In this document: positions 51,512 through 64,000 of the stretch, piece by piece | How the letters are laid out: each line of letters starts with the position of its first letter | How positions within the stretch are numbered: position 1 is the first letter of the stretch | Program-made: the position numbers and the translations under genes | Origin: Octopus sinensis | Taxonomy: Eukaryota | Reading direction: 5' to 3' | NCBI RefSeq assembly: GCF_006345805.1 | Contig: NC_043000.1 | Location: 85,312,001-85,376,000 of the forward strand | Length of the DNA: 64,000 nt | Notes under the pieces: generated by a model | The model's input: only the letters and a program-made list of their open reading frames with translations | The model's database searches: none | Told to the model about the DNA's origin: nothing

Positions 51512-52149
51512 AGATTGGTATGTCGTGGTCAGTAATTTGTAACGGTAGAAATTAATTGGTAAACAATTTTATGAATTTGCTCTAATTCTGTTCTCTTACA
51601 ACATCATTCTATCTCTCTCTGTATTTACTACTAAACAATGAAGAGGACACAAACTTTACCTCGCATGCTTTTGGATTTATCATAACCTGCCCGTCGAGGC
51701 AAGGTAATTGTAACGTAACGGTAAATAAATACTTTCTTAAAACTTCACGCATTGTTCATCTTTCTCATCTTACAACATGCAATTATAACAGCAAATTATT
51801 ATCGTAACTGCTGACTATCAACACATCATAATATTCTTTACTAATAAATCTTACCCCTTACAATTGGTAACTACACCAAAACAAATATCTGCCGTTACAA
51901 TTGATGACTCTCGACTTCAACTAAAAACTTTGTCGTTACAAATCCTTATCGTTAAATATATATATATCGGCCATCGCCATGATTGACCGCCAGCTACTAA
52001 AGCATTCTGCTTTTTAATTCTCTCTCTGTTTATTTTCTCGTGTTCCTTTCTGTTGAAGAACGTAGGCTCGAAACTTAAAAGACCTCACCTTCCCGAGCGT
52101 TAAACTAATACACCTGTCTTCGTCTTTTGATTTTTGCAAATTCCAACTA

Positions 52150-52460
52150 TATGTGTGTGTGTGTTATATCCTTATGGATAAACGAATACACTGCAACAGT
52201 GTAATAATATAAGCGAAACAAACAGCAGTAATCGCACGGAACGTAACAATCTTTTAAGAACCAACAATCCAACACACTGACCCGAACTGTAAACTTTGAA
52301 CTTATTGTGCTCTCGCACAACATCTCCCCTTTTGAGATTTCGACTTCCAAATGAACAAAGAATTTATATATATTTCGTTTTGGTATTTGATTTGCAAGAT
52401 TCTTTATGTGAGCCCCGTAGTCTTGTTCTACAATGAGAACTCCTATCCCAGCTTCTAACA
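52150..52460 (-). mobile_element. Possible 3' end of another LTR element (PPT plus LTR start)
   Basis: Minus strand AAAAGGGGAGA (52333-52323) directly followed by TGTTG at 52322; the other LTR end is not defined. Confidence 0.4.
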
Positions 52461-52599
52461 ACTATAGCACTTTTTATTTTTAAACGGACAATCCTTGTTG
52501 TAGTGTAGGCTTCCACAACCATAACACGGATTGAATTTTTGCAGATATTTATCCCCCTAAGGAATTTGCGAATTTTAGACCTGTAGGAGACTTAATTCC

Positions 52600-53157
52600 A
52601 GTACAGTTCCGGACAGGTATTCAATACTCAACCTACATGATTTCTCTTCATCACTGCACGGCTTCACTGCTTTTGCTATTTTTTTAATTCTAAGCTAGAC
52701 CTGGTTAGAGCCTACCATCAAATTCCTGTGAATCCAGACGTTGTTCCTAAGACAGCCATCGTCACTCCTTTCGGTTCATTCGAATTTCTATCCATGCCAT
52801 TTGGACTCAGGAATGTTGCAAGTACATTCCAGAGGTTTACCGGCGAAGTTGTTCCTGGTTTGCATTTTTTCTTTGCTTATATCGACGATCTGCTTATCGC
52901 AAGTTCTACTCCAGGACACATCCAACATTTAACACTGCTATTTCAACTTCTATTTACGTACCAAGTGAAGATAATCCCTACCAAATGTGTTTTTGGTTCC
53001 TCCTCTTCGGAATTGCCGACAGTGTCGGCGTTCGAAGATACACAGACACGTTCGAGTACCACTTGTCACTTTCAAACAATCAGACGCCCGTTTTCAACAT
53101 GTCCATATCGACCTAGTCGGTCCTTGGCCAGTCAGCAATAGATTCACTTACATCCTC
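52600..53157 (+). mobile_element. Gypsy LTR-retrotransposon pol remnant (RT fused to integrase by deletion)
   Basis: [40 protein letters not shown]...YIDDLLIAS, then [12 protein letters not shown]...[12 protein letters not shown]. Confidence 0.9.
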
Positions 53158-53619
53158 AAGTATAGACCGCTTAACAGCACACCCTTGGTTGGGTGTGCTG
53201 TTAAGCCGGCAAGAGTTATCTTGAAGTGGGGAATATGTGTATTATTAATGTGGTGCTCCTTTGGGGATGGGTGTGTGTCACATGTGTAGTGGTGCCATAT
53301 GCATAATTTTATTCGGGTGTGTAGGTATTTGTAGGTGTGTTCGTTGGTCTGTTTTCTTTCTGTAAAGGATAAAGTCGTGGGGTTTTTTTTTGTTAGTGCG
53401 CGGTGTGTAATGTGTGTGAGGGATCTGTGCATGTGTGGGGGTACAATTTGTGTGCCGGGGTAGTGGGAGACAGTCTATTTTGTGGGGTGTCCGCTTTATA
53501 GGGATGTGCGTGTGAGTATATGTGTGCTTTGGTCAAATTCTTTTTGCCGGGTCCGAGATCATTAATGGAAGGTCGTTGGCGGAAAGTCGAGGATTGAGGC
53601 AGGTGACCTGTGGTTGCAG

Positions 53620-53998
53620 TCACGGTGGAGCGCACAGGTCCGATAGGATGCACTTCCTTTTATGCGAGCAAGGATTAAACACTTCACTCCTGCTATTCAG
53701 GCATACATCCGGGCGTTGGGTACCTTTTAAGATTGCTCTCTTCACAGCCAAGCATAATCTGTACTTCCTGCTGCTATTGAAGTACGATTTGCAATTTTTA
53801 AAATCTTCCACTTTATGTAGTACTCCAGTCCAGGGTCACGTCAAGGAAATCTACCGTTTTCAGGATGGTCTCTATAGTGACCTTCAGTCCGAGGGAGTTC
53901 ATGGTGCTTATGAAATCCTTTCTGAGCCTATTTAGAGTATGGTCGTCGACGCCTCTTGATATTGCCAGTGCGGCGTCCCTGTAGAGGCCAAAGCTAGT
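53620..53998 (-). mobile_element. Penelope-like element remnant (RT core fused to GIY-YIG C-terminus)
   Basis: FGLYRDAALAISRG...LKVTIETILKTVDFLDVTLD (YRDD-type RT), then YRLCLAVKRAIL...LNSRSEVFNPCSHKRK. Confidence 0.8.
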
Positions 53999-55825
53999 TG
54001 AAGGGAATTTCTCTTTTAGTATATCTAGGATGAAGAGACCAACTAGGTCACATACGTATATATAAGTGTATGTATATATCTATAGGTACATATATACATG
54101 TGTGTGTGGAGAGAAAGAGAGAGAAAGACATACAATTTGTTTAATGCTTCATCCAGGTTATTATTTTCATTTATATTTTCCTTTTATAGCAACTGGTGAA
54201 CAATAGTGCCTTTGTTGACAAATTTCTAACATTCACAGCATTTTTAACTTGTAGGCGCATTACCACACTTAACTGTGGGTTAAACAAACTGGGGATATAG
54301 AGAGCGTTACGCAACATTAAGGTTCAGACACGTGACCTCTTTCTTCTTCTTTTCTGCACTGACATACAATCTGTGAGGATGCAGATAGAAGCAGAGCACA
54401 GAAGACCATGGCCTTTACACATCAACCATTCTATTTATTATTCCATTGTGTATATACGTGTGGCCACAATAAATGTGTTTAAAGTTACAATCTTGCTTGT
54501 ATATGTTCATCCGGGTTTACTACCAAACATGATCACAGCCATCTGAGAGCCGTATTTGGTGGCTCAACAACGACCTATACCATCTATAAACTTAACAGAA
54601 AAAATATCAAGGGACTTTATGTGGGTGGGACACACAGTCTTCTAGAGTTCAGTTTCGCTGACATGGGTGGATCTTCTCAAGAGTATCATATCACCAGGAC
54701 ACACAGATGATGATGATGATGATGGTGATGATAAGTCAAGCAATTGAGAAGATAAACAGGTGAAAACAAGAGATTTCGTTTTTTTTTTAGATAGTAAAAG
54801 ACACAAACGAATGGCTGTAGAAGCACGTTTGTTTACAATGAGATCAAACTCAAACCACACTATTGAAAAACGAACATGTTATCCACACATCTTTCATGCT
54901 CCTGTGATTCATGGCCATTAAAACCTAAGTATATTAACTTCCTGGCAGCTGCTCCATTGAATAACATCATCTGTGATGGCTCTAATCGATCTTCAGAAAT
55001 CCCAACACTTGAACTAAGAAGATTATTGAATAAATATGAGGGAATCCCACTGATAACTCTCGATTAGACTTTGATAAGCCATCTGCACAGAATAGCCACA
55101 TAAATACCATCGATTAATATGAGTATTAAAAACTCTAAAGATCAAAATATTTTCTTTAATAGGGACAAACATACAAAGATCTCTCAAACATATTTAAACA
55201 TATTTCAAGATGTAGCATTTACAAGAGGTATACAAACTTCCATTATGATTTAAATGTCATGGTTTACTTTTTCTTTTCTTTTTTCCTCTTTTCTCTGTTA
55301 TTTACTTTCCATGGGTGATGACTGTAGAGATTGAGGGATGGCAGTAGTGAATGGTGAACAAGTGTGGTGAAGTGATTGATGATTCATATAAAATGGGGAA
55401 AGTTAAGGAAGCTTTGATGATGACTAACGGTGCAGAAGAGAGTGAGGAGTAGTGGAGCAGAAATAATATAGTAGACCAAGGGAAGAATGGGAGAGGGGGA
55501 GATGACATGTGGATAGGTAGCATAAAAGTAAAGGGAAAGGTAGACAAAGTGCTAGAGGAGAGTGAGAAATGTATGTTGGCCGGGGGGGGGGGGTAACTTG
55601 TTTGCACAGAAGGGTGATCAGGGTGAAATGTGAGAAGAGAGGGAGAATATTAAGAATTAAGGATGGATGATAAGTGAACTGGTTCTAAGAAGTGAGAATG
55701 ATAACTGGCATCACAGAAAAGAATGAAACAGAAGCAAAATATTGCAGTTATGATGGTAATGGAAGTGTCAGTGAGATACGATGGGTGATGGAGAATACCT
55801 GAGGAAATTTGGCAAGGAGTACAGT

Positions 55826-55868
<43 letters not shown>

Positions 55869-58800
55869 ATGTATGTATGTATGTATGTATGTCTCAGTCC
55901 AAAGGCTGAGGCACTGCCAGTTACATATGCACACACACACATATCATCATTATCACCATTTAACGTCTGCCTTCCATGCTGGCATGGGTGGCACAGTTTG
56001 ATGGGAGCCATCCAGGCAGAAGTTTGCACCAGACTTGTGTGTTTTGATAGGATTTTTACAGCTGGGTGCCCTTCCTAACACCAACCACCCAGCAGAGTGG
56101 ACTTAATGCTTTTTATGTGGTACAAGGTCAGCTTTGGCAAGATTTTTACAGCTGGATGCCCTTCCAAATGCCAACTACTTTACAGTGTGGACAAGCACTG
56201 ACAGGATCACTAAATAAATTACAAGACAAAAATCTTTTAAGAAGAGAGGGTTGCATTGGAAGAGGTGATCATACGTCAGAAGATGAAAAGTTATAGTGAG
56301 ACAAAGAGAAAGAAACAGCTGTCTTGTAGAGGAGGTACAAGGTTACCTGGCTGGGGAGAGAGAGAGATCAAGAATGAGGACAAAAACAGGTGTGCTATTG
56401 CAAAGGAGATACATGGCTACCCAACCTGAGGGAAGCACAAGAGAAGAGAGTGGGAGACAACAGAATAGAGACGGTGGCAAAGTACCAGGCATACTCACAA
56501 GGGACAGGGATCAGTATATAAATGGGATGTAAAGGCAGAGAGAGATATAGATCGTGGCAAGTGCTAGGGCATACCTTCGAGGTTCAAAGGTCATAATATG
56601 AGGCAGGATATTATAAAAGAAGCATGATTAGGGAGTAGAGAGGGGATGTGAGTAATGAAAACCTGGGTATATAGAGTGGCGGAGGCTACTGGATAGCAAT
56701 GATACAGAGAAAGAGGGCCATGAGGAAAGGCATAGTGCATGAAGGAAGAAATGGGAGGAAGAGAAGAGATGTAGTTTGGTTTGTTGTGGTAGGGAATGTG
56801 AGAAGTTTTCTTGTTATGTGTGGGTGGAACACAGCACTTCTAGAGCTCAGTTTCACTGATGTGGGCAGATCTTCTCAAGAACATCACATTACCAGATATC
56901 TCGGTTCATTTGTCTTTTCCTCCATAAATCCCAACACCCTGATATATATATGAGCACTACATACTCCCAGTCATCCTGCTCCTTTGTCCTCTCCTTCATG
57001 GGGTTCAAAGTCCTGAGATCAGCCTTGAACACATTTTTGGACTAATTTTGTAGGCAATCCAGTTCACATATGATATATTATTCATAAAATAATTTACTGA
57101 TAAATTATGAAATCAAAACCTTAGTTCATTATTGACTCAGTCACCATTCATATTGTTCATAAAACATTTGAATCATAATCATCATCATCACTTAATGTTT
57201 GTTTTCTACACTGGCATGGGTTGGACGATTTAACAGGAGCTGTACCAAGCTACATTGTTTTGATATGGTTTCTACAGCTGGATGCCCTTCCTATCCTCAA
57301 ACACTTTACAGTGTACTTTTTACATAGCATCAGCACCAGTGCTTTTTATGTGGTACCATCACCAGCAGGATCACCAAGTATCTTGCAAGACAAAAACCCT
57401 TTGACTGGGAGAGTGGGGTAGTATTGGGGAGGGGTGGTTTTGCACCAGTTGAGAGAATAAATGTATAGAGAGAGCAGAGATAGGTATCTTTATATACATG
57501 GAACCTTAGTTGGAAAGGAAAAGAGTGTGAGTTAAAGAGTAAAATAAGGAGAGTGATAGTGAGAGAGATGATGGCAAAGATGTGTCAAGACATTTCCTGG
57601 AGGGATACTGAAGGTAGTGAGAATAGGTAAACTGATACAGGGGTTTGAACTGGGGGAGTGGGTAGAAGTGACTGTAGTAAATGATGGAGAAAAACCTAGG
57701 TGTGGCTTGGGGGTGGAGGTTGCTGTAGATATGTGAGGGCATTAAGGGTGATAGTAGAAATGCAAGGTGTTAATGATGGAGAACAGCAATAGTGGGGAGA
57801 AGGTACAGAAAAGAGGTGATCGGTGGAGACAGTGGGTGGGAGAGGATAATGGGAAATGGAAGTGGTTTGGGTTGGAGAAGAAAGGTAACTGAGAAATGTA
57901 GTATGTGCCTATTCTGCTCTCAGGTGATAGAGGAAGTGATGTGTGTTAGGGAATGAAATGTGGAAGGAGAAGGTTGACAGGACAGAGGGGATGGAGGTAA
58001 GCATTACCAAGGTGGTTTTAGGATATCAATTCTGTGGCAGTGGATGGATCTTGTTGAGTACAGCAAGGCACCAGATAACTCGGTTCTTTGTCATTTCCTT
58101 CATAAGGTTCAACATCTTGAGATTTGCCTTCAGTACTTCAATCCATGCCCTCTTGGGTCTCCCTCTTCCACAAATTACATCTACTTTGTGATCGGCATTT
58201 TTTTATGCAACTATCCTCACTCATATGCATCACATGAGCAAATTAACACAGTCTTTTCTGAATGATAAATATCTAAAATTGTGATCTATATATTTCTGAT
58301 AACTATTTTTTAGAATCCAAAGCTTGGTGAGGCAGTTACTGTACTTTGTTTATAGGGACTGTGGGTTCAAATCCAACCAAATGCATACTTCTTTGATTTG
58401 GAAATATGAATTTAATATACAGCATATTAAGATTTGTTAAAACATTATTAATGTAGCTGTACCATAGCATCATAATACAGAATTCTTTAATATAATTCCA
58501 AAGTTAGAATTGTTTAAAGCATTTGCTATATACATTGTTCTTTAAATAGAATCATGGACAAATTGTTTCTCTTTCTAGAGTACATTCACTTCTTAGCAAC
58601 TCTCAAAGTAAAAGAAGTTGACTAAGTGTATAACAAAGAATATAATTTTCAAAGATGGATTTTTTTTTAAAGACTGCATCTTCAGTACTACCTGTGTGAA
58701 ATTTACCTGTCTATAGAATCAAATACTTAAAAAAATTTTTTGTGAAATTGTATTTCATAGTTTTCTATAAACTTCCAACAGGCTTTTAATAGTTTTAAAA

Positions 58801-61800
58801 ATAACCATAGAATTTCCAGTATCTTACAAATATAGCTCATAAATATGAAAACAAATCCAAATAGGAATTTGTTGTTTAGCTCTGAGACAAAAGATCAATG
58901 ATCAAAGGTATTCCAGCCATTTTTTTTTATCAGGAATATTACATTTCAGTCGGCATTATTCAATGTCTTGATTTTTATCTTGGAGATATAGTTTGACAGA
59001 AACATTTTGTTGCAGAATACAAATAACAGGCTTAAATGGGAGTTTTAACCAAGGTTAAATAAGGTTCAGTAATATTGTAAAAAAAAGTGATCAGAACAAG
59101 TTCCTATCAGTGTGACACCATATTAAAATATTGGATTGCCTCACTAAGAAATTTTGCATATGGCCAATATTGTGGCATTGTAAACATGTCATAAAATAAG
59201 AATCCACATACACAAACAAATATAATGTTGGTAAGAAACATTAATGTGAAAAGGAAGTTGCTGGAAAGGGAAGGTAATTAGATTTGCAGTATCATCAAAA
59301 TTATTGGAATTTGATTATCTAAGGAATTTTCTGCTGGTTTCTTTGTTATTGAGATATAGCTTAATAACATATTTGATAGTATAGTTAGCCTGCTACGATA
59401 TAGTGTCTATAGAAACAGGACACTGAAGTGAATTCCTTCTTCGGGTAAACAGGAAAAATAACATCTTAAGAAGAGGAAACAAACTGTTGTTTGTTCCTTT
59501 CCAATAAATACAATTTTGTTTATGTGAATTGGCAGCAAGTGAGAACCAAAACTTGGTCAAAGTATAATATTATTGTTGTAATTAATTTCAACCAACTTGA
59601 AAATGATTTGATCTCATTACTCAAATGAAATCCTTCTGAAATATCTTGCAGTGACCTTACTGCTGTGTGGTATTTACAATAATTCAATGTTAAGAGAATT
59701 GAGAATTGTTAATGAACAGAAATAACAGACTAGATGACTCAAAATGTTTTTATAATGTTTGGTGTATTGCTTAAATAATCTTCTTTATAGTAACTGAACT
59801 TTAAATATACTCCTGCAGTGATTATATATATATATAAAATGGTGAAGTACTGAGAAATTAGAAGTGAAATGATAAGGAGTTTAAATTCTGCCAATGTTGA
59901 CTTTACTTGTCACTCTTGAGTTTCAATAAAAATAAGCACCAGTAATTATAAAAATATAAGGATAGTTATCACCTTTACTAATTAAAGAGTGTTAATTACT
60001 TAAGATTTTCTGATCAAAGGTTTTCATTAAGTGATCAGCTCTATTTATCTGCATGGAAGAATGGATTTATGATGTTCATGCCTTTCCCAAGGGTATCAAA
60101 TATAAGTAATGAAGTTAATTCCAGGCTTAATTTCTGGCCGTAACTGATTCACTAATATCTTTTCTACTGTAGGCACAAGGCCTGAAATTTGGTGGAGAGG
60201 GAGCGAGTTGATTACATCAATTTCAGTGCACAACTGGTACTCATTTCATTGACCCCGAAAAGATTAAAAGCAAATTTGACTTAGACAGAATTTAAACTCA
60301 GAACATAAGATAAATGAAAGGCTGTTAAACATTTTGTCCTGAGTACTAATAACTCTACCAAGTTCACAGCCTTAACTGACTCTGTAATATCAACATTTTA
60401 ACATCCACTGTTCCATGGGTCAGATAGAATTTGTTATATCAGATTTTCTATAGCTAGAGGGCCTCACCTGTTTCCAAGTAATATTTCCCAATGGCCAGGT
60501 GTTTTCACAAGATTGCAAACAAAAGCAACTGCATATATTACAGTGACATTCATTTTCACCTATCATGTGATGTCAAGACAAGGACAGACTAGTATACATA
60601 TACAATGAGCTTCTTTCCAAATCCACTCACAAGGCTTTATTCAGCCTAGCACTGAACCCAAAACCATGTGGTTGGAAAGCAAATTTTTACCACATAGTGT
60701 TTATTTTGTGTACAAAAAATTGGCCTCCAGTTTGAGAAATCAATAACTGAGACAAGAAAGCTTATTATATTTAGCAGCAAAATTAATGCTATAATATTAA
60801 AACCCCTTTTAGTTAGATCAATAAATAGGGAATGACTACACAGGTCTAAGCATGCAACTAGTCTATTTTTCAACTAATAAAGCCTGTCATTCATGAATTA
60901 TTCTTGGTAGTTATCTTATTTCCTATATAAATATTTCCTCACTTTCAAGTGATTTATCTTTTTATTTTACTTTTTTCCCAACCACTCAAATTTAAGTAAT
61001 ATTTTAAGACTGTTGCTTGTTGAAAAGCCAATCCACATTTTGTCATTGGTAAGGCATGGCACTGCAACTGTTCTTCAATATCATCAGATTGTAAAGAAGG
61101 AACACCATCACTATAAAAACTAACAGCATTGTAAAAGTGATGAGTGTTCTTTTGGTTAGCAGTGCTAAATTCAGCTCCTGTTGCTAGAGACTTAAGAAGG
61201 TCAAGTCTCAGTTAGCTGAGCTTCCTTTAAATATATTCCTTAAAGACTTACATGTCAATATTACCCAAACAACAAAATAAAATGCAGGAGTGGCTGTGTG
61301 GTAAGTAGCTTGCTTACCAACCACATGGTTTCAGTACCACTGCATGGCACCTTGGGCAAGTGTCTTCTACTGTAGCCTTGTGAGTGGATTTAATGGACGG
61401 AAACTGAAAGAAGCCCGTCATATATATATGTATGTATTTGTGTGTCTGTGTTTGTTCTCCCAACATCACTTGACAACCGATGCGGATGTGTTTACATCCC
61501 CATCACTTAGTGGTTCGGCAAGAGAGACCGATAGAATAAGTACTAGGCTTACAAAGAATAAGTCCTGGAGTCGATTTGTTTGACTAAAGGCGGTGCTCCA
61601 GCATGGCCGCAGTCAAATGACTGAAACAAATAAAAGAAATTAAGTCCAAGTTTTTTGTTTTAATACTTTGGACTTACAATAAAAGAAAGTAAATCCTATT
61701 TGTATTTGTGAATTTTATTTAAAACATTGAGATTCAGTGAAGGAAGAATTGTTTATGCCTTCCAATTACTATTCCTAACACTGTAATTCTCATCAGAGAA

Positions 61801-64000
61801 ACTCTGAATGCATCTCACGTGTTTTACAACTGATTTTTAAAGATTGTGAATGTTAAGTAATCCCTTCTAAGAGTAAATGAAGTGAAATGAAATCACTTCA
61901 TCAACAGTGAAACTGTTATAGTCTTAATGTTTACTACATTTTTACTGAAATCATTATCATCGTTGTGTTAATATCCACTTTTCATCTGATCTGTTTGCAT
62001 GGGTCACACAAAATTCGTTGATGCAGATTTTTGTGGCTAGATGCCCTTCTTGCCAAATCTAATGTGTTTCTTAACAAGGTAATATTTTCCCTTGGCTGGA
62101 CATTTTTTCATGGAAGAGTGGAAACAAATGAACTGCTTGTATGACAGTGACACCCACGACTATCACAAGGAAATACACATACACATTTTATTATTTTTAT
62201 TTTTCCCTGTTGGATTTTTTTTTTTCTTTGTGATCCTGTTAAAAGTTTAATCTCAACAAGTTAGGAATTGTTAGGTTAAAACTAAGCCACTGGCAGCAAC
62301 ATGAATCTAGCACTGCACACTGAAGAAAATCATTAACTGTGGCGGAGTGATTTTACTTCAAACTACAGTAAATTAAGGGAATTTATTACACCTGTGTGAA
62401 CTGAACTTTAGAGACCTTGGTAATAGACACAGAAAAATGCCACTGATGGGAATTTGAAAAGTGGGCCTTCAAATCAAACTGTTCAACACCTTAGTCAATA
62501 GCAATTTGTGGCTCTCATTATTTGCTCAAGATTTCTATGTTTTTAACAAAAATAAAATGAAAGTATCTTTCAAGTTGATATTTTTATGCCAATTGTACTA
62601 AGCTGTACATTTGTACAATTACTGTCGAGATTGTTTCCATGGTGCTTTAAGTTAGTAACAAGACCAGTGTAATAAAATCACATTAAATTTGGAAAAATAT
62701 CTTGCACAAATTTAAATTGGACTCCTACTTTTAAACATTCGTTTCTTCAAGTCTCTAATTACATAAAAATCATTGATGCTTGACATTAAAAATGTTTTTC
62801 CTTCATTTTTGTGTAAGTATCCAGTGAAAGTTTGGACAAATTCAAAAACAATAAAAAAAATGTAAATTTAATTCTGCTTGCTATCTTCTCTTTTCTTGTT
62901 TCAGTCATTGAACTGCAGCCATGCTGGGGCACTTCCTTGAAGCGTTTAGTCAAAGTAACATGTCTCTTTTGCTAAACTGCTGATTTATGGGGATGTAAAC
63001 AAAACACTGATTGTCAAATAATGGTAGCAGGGAGACAAACATAACACATAAATATTTATATATACACACAAAAGGCTTTTTTCAGTTTCCACCTACAAAA
63101 CTCCCTTCACAAGGTTCTGGTCAGCCCAAAGCTATAGCAAAAAATACCCAAGGTGCCATGCAGTATGGCTAAGCATTACATCACCCTAAGCATGTTTTAT
63201 CATTGTCTTTTTTTTCTTAATGAAAGCACTGGTGGCTGACACAATAGATTGCTAGACTAGCATTTTCCCTATGAAATGAAATCCTGAGTTGCTAACTTGA
63301 GTAACAGCAAAACTGTCCTTGATAGTAAAACCATAACCTTTTACAATGAATATTTTGATGAAGTGAATTCATTTTCCTTATTCTGCAAATATATTAGGAA
63401 AAAGTATGACCATATAAAAAAAAAATTTGATGAATGAAAATACCATTTCTACCTCTTCATCAATATCACTGAACCTAATCTAGTCAAAGAGAAAAATTAA
63501 GACTGTTGTAATATTGAGCATGGTTCTGATAAGAGTTGATTGCCTTTAAACATTTTGAAATTGTAGAAATAATTACTAGCAATATATTGCAGATGCTGTG
63601 CTCATTTTGTTACAGTAGAAGAAATCAGTGATAGAACAGGTTTGACAAATGTTTTTCCCATTCTTACTCTGTAGTATGTATATAGGAAGGTTTGGAGGAA
63701 AACAGCAAGCTAATCTAACATGCCATTGTATGTTAAGAACTGTCTAGTGTGGGACCATCTACATAGATGATTAAACATGATTAAAGTTAAAGGGATACAA
63801 GTGGAAGAAATATGTAGACAAAGCTATAATTCCAGCATGATGGCTTTTTTCAGGTTTTCAACCAGAGGTGAGTGGGTCATTGGATAAGAAAAGGAGTATA
63901 TGGATCATGAAGGACATGGAATGGAAACCTATTGCATTAAGGACTAGATAATTTTAAAATTAAGCACAATTTCAACCTAACTGGGTTCTTTCAACTTTGC

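Noticed and set aside
53522-53935. 137-aa plus-strand ORF
   Set aside because: Antisense to the Penelope RT/endonuclease remnant.
54876-55067. Overlapping ~63-codon open frames on both strands
   Set aside because: No recognisable homology or clear splice signals.
7158-56078. Numerous ORFs rich in YI/HT/CV (e.g. 9348-9742, 14207-14547, 26742-27063, 27360-27905, 55650-56078)
   Set aside because: Translations of (AT)n/(CA)n microsatellites, not genes.
60954-61212. ~85-codon stop-free minus-strand stretch (LATGAEFSTANQKN...)
   Set aside because: No convincing splice sites or family motif; such lengths are expected by chance in 64 kb.

Overview
AT-rich animal genomic DNA with spliceosomal introns, dense (AT)n/(CA)n microsatellites and many repeats. 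The SINE and RTE repeats resemble those of octopus or other coleoid cephalopods; this is pattern recognition, not a database result. Two host genes are well supported and converge on each other. (1) The last four coding exons of an invertebrate-type classical cadherin on + (638-876, 3954-4076, 6161-6247, 9976-10235), encoding EGF, TM, p120-binding and beta-catenin-binding regions. (2) A two-exon TMEM70 on - (31032-30952 plus 29731-29147; 221 aa including a mitochondrial presequence that the ORF track misses). Most of the rest is transposon debris, often nested: piggyBac derivatives with TTAA TSDs, a hAT element with a perfect 8-bp TSD, mariner/Tc1 remnants, RTE and CR1 LINEs, Gypsy and Penelope fragments, non-autonomous Helitrons and tRNA-derived SINEs. 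The least explained structures are two multi-kb nested foldbacks (32.0-35.0 kb and 41.9-44.9 kb) built from a shared ~157-bp module, a GC-rich tandem hairpin array behind the cadherin stop codon, and a young RTE insertion whose empty sister site lies 2.4 kb away. No prokaryotic system, CRISPR array or intact transposase was found. TE boundaries not defined by TIRs or TSDs are approximate, and identities were judged by eye.
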